Of a stretch of DNA of 64,000 bases, positions 56,001-64,000 are shown in pieces. The notes under the pieces were generated by a model that saw nothing but the letters and a program-made list of their open reading frames with translations, searched no databases and had not been told where the DNA came from. Location of the stretch: the NCBI RefSeq assembly GCF_009914755.1, contig NC_060933.1, one strand, 5' to 3'. The position numbers and the translations under genes are program-made. Origin of the DNA: the human T2T-CHM13v2.0 reference genome, Homo sapiens. Every line of letters begins with the position of its first letter. Positions within the stretch are counted from its first letter, which is position 1.

Positions 56001-59000
56001 TCAATCCGAATGTAATGGAATGGAACCGAATGGAATGGAATGGAATCGAATGGAATGGAATGGAATGGAATGGAATGCAATGGAATGGAATCAACCCGAG
56101 TACAATGGAACGGAATGTAATGTAATGTAATGTAATGTAATGGAATGGAATGGAATGGAATGGAATCAACCCGAGTGCAATGGAATGGAGAGGAATGGAA
56201 TGGAATGGAATGGAAACTACCCAAATGGAATGGAATGTAATGGAGTGTAAGGGAATTGAATAGAATCAATCCGAAAGGAATGGAATGGAATGGAACGGAA
56301 TGGAATGGAATGGAATGCAATGGAATGGAATCATCCGGAATGGAATGGAATGGAATGCAATGGAATGGAATGGAATGGAATCAACCCGAGTGCAATGGAA
56401 TGGAGTGAAATGGAATGGAATGGAATGGAGACAACAAGAATGGATTGGAATATAATGGAGTGTAAGGGAATTGAATAGAATCAATCTGAATGTAATGAAA
56501 TGGAATGGAACGGAATAGAATGGAATGGAATGGAATGGAATGGAATGGAATGGAATGGAATGCAATGGAATGGAATCAACCAGAGTGCAATCGAATGGAA
56601 TCGAATGGAATGGAATGCAATGGAATGGAATGGAATGGAATCAACTCGATTGCAATCGAATGGAATGGAATGGAATTAACCCGAATAGAATGGAATGGAA
56701 TGGAATGGAATGGAATGGAACGGAACGGAATGGAATGGATTGGAATGGAATGGAATGGAATGGAATGGAATGGAACGGAAAGGAATGGAATGGAATGGAA
56801 TGGAATGGAATGGAATGGAATGGAATGGAATGGAATGGAATCAATGCGAGTGCAGGGGAATGGAATGGAATGGAATGCAATGGAATGGAATCTTCCGGAA
56901 TGGAATGGAATGGAATGGAATGGAATGGAATGGAATGGAATTAACCCGAGTGCAATGGAATGGAGTGGAATGAAATGGAATGGAATGGAACAACCCGAAT
57001 GGAATGGAATGTAATGGAGAGTAAGGGAGTTGAATAGAATCAATCCGAATGTAATGGAATGGAATGGAAGGGAATGGAATGGAATGGAATGCAATGCAAT
57101 GGAATGGAATGCAATGGAATGGAATCAACCCGAGTGCAATCGAATGGAATCGAATGGAATGGAATGCAATGGAATGGATTCAACTTGAATGGAATGGAAA
57201 GAATGGATTCAACACGAGTGGAATGGCATGGATTGGAATGGAATGGAATGGAATCAACCCGAGTACAGGGGAATGGAATGGAATGGAATGCAATGGAATG
57301 GAATCATCCGTAATGGAATGGAAAGGAATGGAATGGAATGGAATGGAATGGAATGGAATGGAATGGAATGGAATGAAATCAACTCGATTGCAATCGAATG
57401 GAATGGAATGGAATTAACCCGAATAGAATGGCATGGAATGGAATGGAGCGGAACGGAATGGAATGGAATGGAATGGAACGGAACGGAATGGAATGGAATG
57501 GAATGGAATGGAATGGAATGGAATCAACGCGAGTGCAGGGGAATGGAATGGAATGGAATGCAATGGAATGGAATCTTCCGGAATGGAATGGAATGGAATA
57601 GAATGGAATGAAATGCAATGGATTCAACTCGATTGCAATGGAATGGAATAGAATGGAATGGAATGGAATGGAATGGAATGGAATGGAATGGAATTAACCC
57701 GAATAGAATGGAATGAAATGGAATGGAACGGAATGGAACGGAATGGAATGGAATGGAATGCAATGGAATGGTATGGAATGGAATGGAATGGTACGGAATA
57801 GAATGAAATGGAACGAATTGTAATGGAATGGAATTGAATGGAATGGAATGGAATGGAATCAACGCGAGTGCAGGGGAATGTAATGGAATGGAATGCAATG
57901 GAATGGAATCATCCGGAATGGAATGGAATGGAATGGAATGGAATGGAATCAACCCGAGTGCAATTGAATGGAGTGGAATGGAATGGAATGGAATGGAACA
58001 ACCCGAATGGAATGGAATGTAATGGAGAGTAAGGGAGTTGAATAGAATCAATCCGAATGTAATGGAATGGAATGCAACGGAATGGAATGGAATGTAATGG
58101 AATGGAATGCAATGGAATAGAATCAACCCGAGTACAATGGAATGGAATGGAATGGAATGGAATACCTTCAAACCGAATGGAATGGAAAGGAATGGAATCA
58201 ACACGAGTGGAATGGAATGGAATGGAATGGAATGGAATGGAATGGAATGGAATGGAATGGAATCAACACGATTGCAATCGAATGGAATGGAATGGAATTA
58301 ACCCGAATAGAATGGAATGGAATGGAATGGAACGGAACGGATTGGAATAGAATGGAATTGAACGGAACGGAATGGAATGGAATGGAATGGAATGGAATGG
58401 AATGGAATCAACGTGAGTGCAGGGGAATGGAATGGAATGGAATGCAATGGAATGGAATCTTCCGGAATGGAATGGAATGGAATGGAATGGAATGAAATGC
58501 AATGGATTCAACTCGATTGCAATGGAATGGAATAGAATGGAATGGAATGGAATGGAATGGAATTAATCCGAATTGAATGGAATGGAATGTAATGGAAAGG
58601 AATGGAACGGAATGGAATGGAATGGAATGGTATGGAATGGAATGGAATGGTACGGAATAGAATGGAATGGAACGAATTGTAATGGAATGGAATTGAATGG
58701 AAAGGAATGGAATGGAATCGAATCAACGAGAGTGCAGGGGAATGTAAAGGAACGGAATGCAATGTAAAGGAATCATACGGAATGGAATGGAATGGAATGG
58801 AATGGTATGGAATCAACCCGAGTGCAATGGAATGGAGTGGAATGGAATGGAATGCAATGGAACAACCCGAATGGAATGGAATGTAATGGAGAGTAAGGGA
58901 GTTGAATAGAATCAATCCGAATGTAATGGAATGGAATGCAACGGAATGGAATGGAATGGAATGGAATGGAATGGAATGCAATGGAATGGAATCAACTTGA

Positions 59001-62000
59001 GTACAATGGAATGGAATGGAATGGAATGGAATGGAATGGAATGGAATAAAATGGAATGATACGGAATAGAATGGAATGGAACGAAATGGAATGGAATGGA
59101 AGGGAATGGAATGGAATCGTTCCGAGTGCAATAGGAGGGAATGTATTCGAGTGGAATGGAAAGGAATGTAATCAACCAGAGTGGAATGGAAGGGAATGGA
59201 ATGGAATGGAAACTAATAGAATGGAATCAACCCAAGTGGAATGGAATGGAAAGGACTGGAATGGAATGGAATGGAATGGAATCAACTCGATTGTAATGGA
59301 ATGGAATGGAATGGAATGGAATGGAATGGAATGGAATCAACCCGAGTGCAGGGGAATGGAATGGAATGGAATGCAATGGAATGGAATCATCCGGAATGGA
59401 ATGGAATGGAATGGAATGGAATGGAATGGAATGGAATCAACTCGATTGCAATGGAATGGAATGGAATGGAAAGGAATGGAAGGGAATGCAATGGAATGTA
59501 ATCAACACGAGTGCAGGGGAATGGAATGGAATGGAATGCAATGGAATGGAATCATCCGGAATGGAATGGAATGGAATGGAATGGAATGGAATGGTATCAA
59601 CTCGATTGCAATGGAATGGAATGGAATGGAAAGGAATGGAAGGGAATGGAATGGAATGTAATCAACCCGAGTGCAGGGGAATGGAATGGAATGGAATGCA
59701 ATGGACTGGAATCATCCGGAATGGAATGGAATGGAATGGAATGCAATCAACCCGATGCAATGGAATGGAGTGGAATGGAATGGAATGGAATGGAAACATC
59801 CCCAGTGGAATAGAATGGAATGGAGTGTAAAGGAATTGAATAGAATCAATCCGAATGTAATGGAATGGAATGGAATGAAATGGAATGGAATGGAATGGAA
59901 TGGAATCAACCCGAGTGCAATGGAATGGATTTGAATGGGATGGAATTGAATGGAATGGATTCAACAAGAATGGAATGGAAAGGAATGGAATCAACCCGAG
60001 TGTAATGGCATGGAATGGAATGGAATGGAATGGAATGGGATGGAATGGAATGGTATGGAATAGAATGGAATGGAATGAAATGGAATGGAATGGAATTTAA
60101 TGGAATGGAATGGAATGAACCTGTGTGCAATGTAATGGAATGTAATGGAATGGAATGGATTCAACTCGAATGGAATCAACACGATTGCAATGGAATGGAA
60201 TGGAATGGAAAGGAATAGAATGGAATCAACCCGAGTGGAATGGAATGGAAAGGACTGGAATGGAGTGGAATGGAATAGAATGGAATTTACCCGAATAGAA
60301 TGGAATGGAATGGAATGGAACGGAATGTAATGGAATGGAATGGAATGGATTCAACCCGAGTGCAGGGGAATGGAATGGAATGGAATGCAATGGAATGGAA
60401 TCATCCGGAATGGAATGGAATTGAATGGAATGGAATGGAATGGAATGTAATCAACTCGATTTCAATGGAATGGAATGGAATAGAATGGAATGGAATTAAC
60501 ACGAATAGAACGGAATGGAATTGAATGGAATGGAATGGTACGGAATAGAATGGAATGGAAGGAATTGGAATGGAATGGAATCGAATGGAATGGAATGGAA
60601 TGGAATGGAATCAACCCGAGTGCAGGGGAATGTAATGGAACGGAATGCAATGGAATGGAATCACCCGGAATGGAATGGAATGGAATGGAATGCAATGGAA
60701 TGGAATGGAATGGAATCAACCCGAGTGCAATGGAATGGAGTGGAATGGAATGGAATGGATTGGAACAACCCGAATGGAATGGAATGTAATGGAGAGTAAG
60801 GGAGTTGAATAGAATCAATCCGAATGTAATGGAATGGAACGGAATGGAATGGAATGGAATGGAATGGAATGGAATGGAATGCAATGGAATCCAATGGAAT
60901 GGAATCAACCCGAGTACAATGGAATGGAATGGAATGGAATGGAATGGAATCAACCCGAGTGCAATGGAATGGAGAGGAATGGAATGGAATGGAATGGAAT
61001 GGAAACTACCCAAATGGAATGGAATGTAATGGAGTGTAAGGGAATTGAATAGAATCAATCCGAATGGAATGGAATGGAATGGAACGGAATGTAATGGAAT
61101 GGAATGGAATGGAATCAACCAGAGTGCAGGGGAATGGAATGGAATGGAATGCAATGGAATGGAATCATCCGGAATGGAATGGAATGGAATGCAATGGAAT
61201 GGAATGGAATGGAATCAACCCGAGTGCAATGGAATGGAGAGGAATGGAATGGAATGGAATGGAAACTACCCGAATGGAATCGAATGTAATATAGTGTAAG
61301 GGAATTGAATAGAATCAATCCAAATGTAATGGAATGGAATGGAACGGAATGGAATGGAATGGAATGGAATGGAACGGAATGGAATGCAATGGAATGGAAT
61401 CAACCCGAGTACAATCGAATGGAATCGAATTGAATGGAATGCAATGGAATGGATTCAACTTGAATGGAATGGAAAGAATGGAATCAACACGAGTGGAATG
61501 GCATGGATTGGAATGGAATGGAATGGAATCAACCCGAGTACAGGGGAATGGAATGGAATGGAATGCAATGGAATGGAATCATCAGTAATGGAATGGAAAG
61601 GAATGGAATGGAATGGAATGAACTCGATTGCAATCGAATGGAATGGAATGGAATTAACCCGAATAGAATGGAATGGAATGGAAAGGAACGGAATGGAACG
61701 GAATGGAATGGAATGGAATGGAATGGAATGGAATGGAATGGAATCAACGCGAGTGCACGGGAATGGAATGGAATGGAATGCAAAGGGATGGAATCTTCCG
61801 GAATGGAATGGGATGGAATGGAATGGAATGCAATGGATTCAACTCGATTGCAATGGAATGGAATAGAATGGAATGGAATGGAATGGAATGGAATTAACCC
61901 TAATAGAATGGAATGGAATGGAATGGAACGGAATGGAACGGAACGGAATGGAATGGAATGGAATGGAATGGTATGGAATGGAATGGAATGGTACGGAATA

Positions 62001-63127
62001 GAATGGAATGGAACGAATTGGAATGGAGTGGAATTGAATGGAATGGAATGGAATGGAATGGAATCAACGCTAGTGCAGGGGAATGTAATAGAATGGAATG
62101 CAATGGAATGGAATCATCCGGAATAGAATGCAATGGAATGGAGTGGAATGGAATCAACCCGAGTGCAATGGAATGGAGTGGAATGGAATGGAATGGAATG
62201 GAACAACCCGAATGGAATGGAATGTAATGGAGAGTAAGGGAGTTGAATAGAATCAATCCGAATGGAATGGAATGTAATTGAGAGTAAGGGAGTTGAATAG
62301 AATCAATCCGAATGTAATGGAATGGAATGGAACGGAATGGAATTGAATGGAATGGAATGGAATGCAATGGAAAGGAATCAACCCGATTACAATGGAATGA
62401 AATGGAATGGAATGGAATGGAATTGAATGGAATGGAATGGCTTCAAACCGAATGGAATGGAAAGGAATGGAATCAACTCGAGTGGAATGGAATGGAATGG
62501 AATGGAATGGAATGGAATGGAATGGTACGGAATAGAATGGAATGGAACGAAATGGAATGGAATGGAATGGAATGGAATGGAATGGAATGGAATGGAATGG
62601 AATGGAATGGAATGGAATCAACTCGATTGCAATCGAATGGAATGGAATGGAATTAACCCGAATAGAATGGAATGGAATGGAATGGAACGGAATGGAATGG
62701 AATGGAATGGAATGGAATGGAATGGAATGGAACGGAAAGGAATGGAATGGAATGGAGTGGAATGGAATGGAATGGAATGGAATCAACGCGAGTGCAGGGG
62801 AATGGATTGGAATGGAATGCAATGGAATGGAATCTTCCGGAATGGAATGGAATAGAATGGAATAGAATGGAATCAACCCGAGTGCAATGGAATGGAGTGG
62901 AATGGAATGGAATGGAATGGAACAACCCGAATGGAATGGAATGGAATGGAGAGTAAGGGAGTTGAATAGAATCAATGCGAATGTAATGGAATGGTATGGA
63001 ACGGAATGGAATTGAATGGAATGGAATGGAATGGAATGGATTCAACAAGAATGGAATGGAAAGGAATGGAATCAACCCGAGTGTAATGGCATGGAATGGA
63101 ATGGAATGGAATGGGATGGAATGGAAT

Positions 63128-63947
63128 GGTACGGAATAGAATGGAATGGAATGAAATGGAATGGAATGGAATGGAATGCAATGGAATGGAATGGATTGGA
63201 ATGGAATGAACCCGTGTGCAATGTAATGTAATGGAATGGAATGGAATGGATTCAACTCGAAAGGAATCAACTCGATTGCAATGGAATGGAATGGAGTGGA
63301 AAGGAATAGAATGGAATCAACCCGAGTGGAATGGAATGGAAAGGACTGGAACGGAGTGGAGTGGAATGGAATGGAATGGAATCAAATCGATTGGAATGGA
63401 ATGGAATGGAATGGAATGGAATGGAATGGAATGGAATCAACTCGATTGCAATGGAATGGAATGGAATGGAAAGGAATAGAATGGAATCAACCCGAGATGA
63501 ATGGAATGGAAAGGACTGGAATGGAGTGGAATGGAATGGTACGGAATAGAATGGAATGGAATGAAATGGAATGGAATGGAATGGAATGGAATGGAATGGA
63601 ATGGATTGGAATGGAATGAACCCGTGTGCAATGTAATGTAATGGAATGGAATGGAATGGATTCAACTCGAAAGGAATCAACTCGATTGCAATGGAATGGA
63701 ATGGAATGGAAAGGAATAGAATGGAATCAACCCGAGTGGAATGGAATGGAAAGGACTGGAATGGAGTGGAGTGGAATGGAATGGAATGGAATCAAATCGA
63801 TTGGAATGGAATGGAATGGAATGGAATGGAATGGAATGGAATGGAATCAACTCGATTGCAATGGAATGGAATGGAATGGAAAGGAATAGAATGGAATCAA
63901 CCCGAGATGAATGGAATGGAAAGGACTGGAATGGAGTGGAATGGAAT
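63128..63947 (+). repeat. 410-bp near-identical tandem duplication
   Basis: GGTACGGAATAG at 63128/63538, GAACCCGTGTGC at 63208/63618, ATCAAATCGATT at 63381/63791, CAACCCGAGATG at 63488/63898. All are offset by 410. Confidence 0.92.
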
Positions 63948-64000
63948 GGAATGGAATGGAATCAAATCGATTGGAATGCAATGGAATGGAATGGAATGGA

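Larger units (their letters stand above)
1..64000 (+). repeat. Satellite III (HSat3) array, (GGAAT)n with CAACCCGAGT-type interruptions; G-rich strand is +
   Basis: GGAAT is the dominant pentamer on every line from 1 to 64000. The recurring interspersed decamer CAACCCGAGT and its relatives match the classical human Satellite III signature (GGAAT)n-CAAC(C/A)CGAGT. No flanking unique DNA or strand switch was seen. Subfamily (probably HSat3B-like) and chromosome cannot be fixed from this window. Confidence 0.97.

Noticed and set aside
44-63889. Hundreds of ORFs in all six frames (MEWNG- and IPFHS-repeat proteins)
   Set aside because: GGAAT and ATTCC repeats contain no stop codon in any frame, so long overlapping ORFs are expected. 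There is no domain, no frame preference and no conserved start or stop. None is called as a CDS.
1-64000. CRISPR-like or retron-like repeat-spacer array
   Set aside because: The interruptions come from a small recurring set of degenerate pentamer derivatives rather than unique spacers. Spacing is variable, and there is no leader or associated gene.
1-64000. Satellite II, alpha satellite, telomeric repeat or DYZ1
   Set aside because: There are long pure GGAAT tracts rather than the degenerate ~26-bp HSat2 unit. I saw no 171-bp monomer or CENP-B box, no TTAGGG tract and no regular ~3.5 kb period.
1-64000. Assignment to chromosome 9q12 or a specific HSat3 subfamily
   Set aside because: AATCAACCCGAGTGCAATCG (e.g. 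3794) resembles what I recall of chromosome 9-type SatIII. However, related arrays exist on other chromosomes and in apes, so alignment to a T2T assembly is needed.
1-64000. Inversion breakpoints or inserted Alu/L1/ERV
   Set aside because: No ATTCC tract on the + strand, and no poly-A or non-satellite segment was seen anywhere.
1-64000. EWS-FLI1 GGAA microsatellite or G-quadruplex array
   Set aside because: The period is 5, not consecutive GGAA tetramers. G-runs of three or more are isolated (CAGGGG, AAGGG), so there is no canonical four-tract G4 motif.

Overview
The whole 64 kb window is one uninterrupted, single-orientation array of primate (most likely human) classical Satellite III (HSat3). 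It consists of (GGAAT)n on the + strand and (ATTCC)n on the - strand, punctuated every ~30-100 bp by a small vocabulary of variant motifs such as CAACCCGAGT, CAACTCGATT, CAACGCGAGT, TAACCCGAAT, CATCCGG and CTTCCGG. This is pericentromeric heterochromatin-type DNA. I see no genes, transposons, RNA genes, CRISPR array or unique sequence. All listed ORFs are artefacts of a stop-free 5-bp repeat (MEWNG/IPFHS). The interpretable signal is architectural and regulatory: (i) about 47 perfect three-unit heat-shock elements built from one variant pentamer; (ii) a stereotyped ~0.9-1 kb order of interruption motifs; (iii) about 98 pentamer register shifts, all -1 and nearly all at two inherited motifs; (iv) nested duplications from 50 bp to ~13 kb, including one out-of-order patch; (v) homology between the two ends of the window (~58-59 kb apart); and (vi) a distinct XhoI-rich sub-satellite block present twice. 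I found no evidence for a new coding system. All counts and coordinates were read by eye, and duplication boundaries are approximate (tens of bp).
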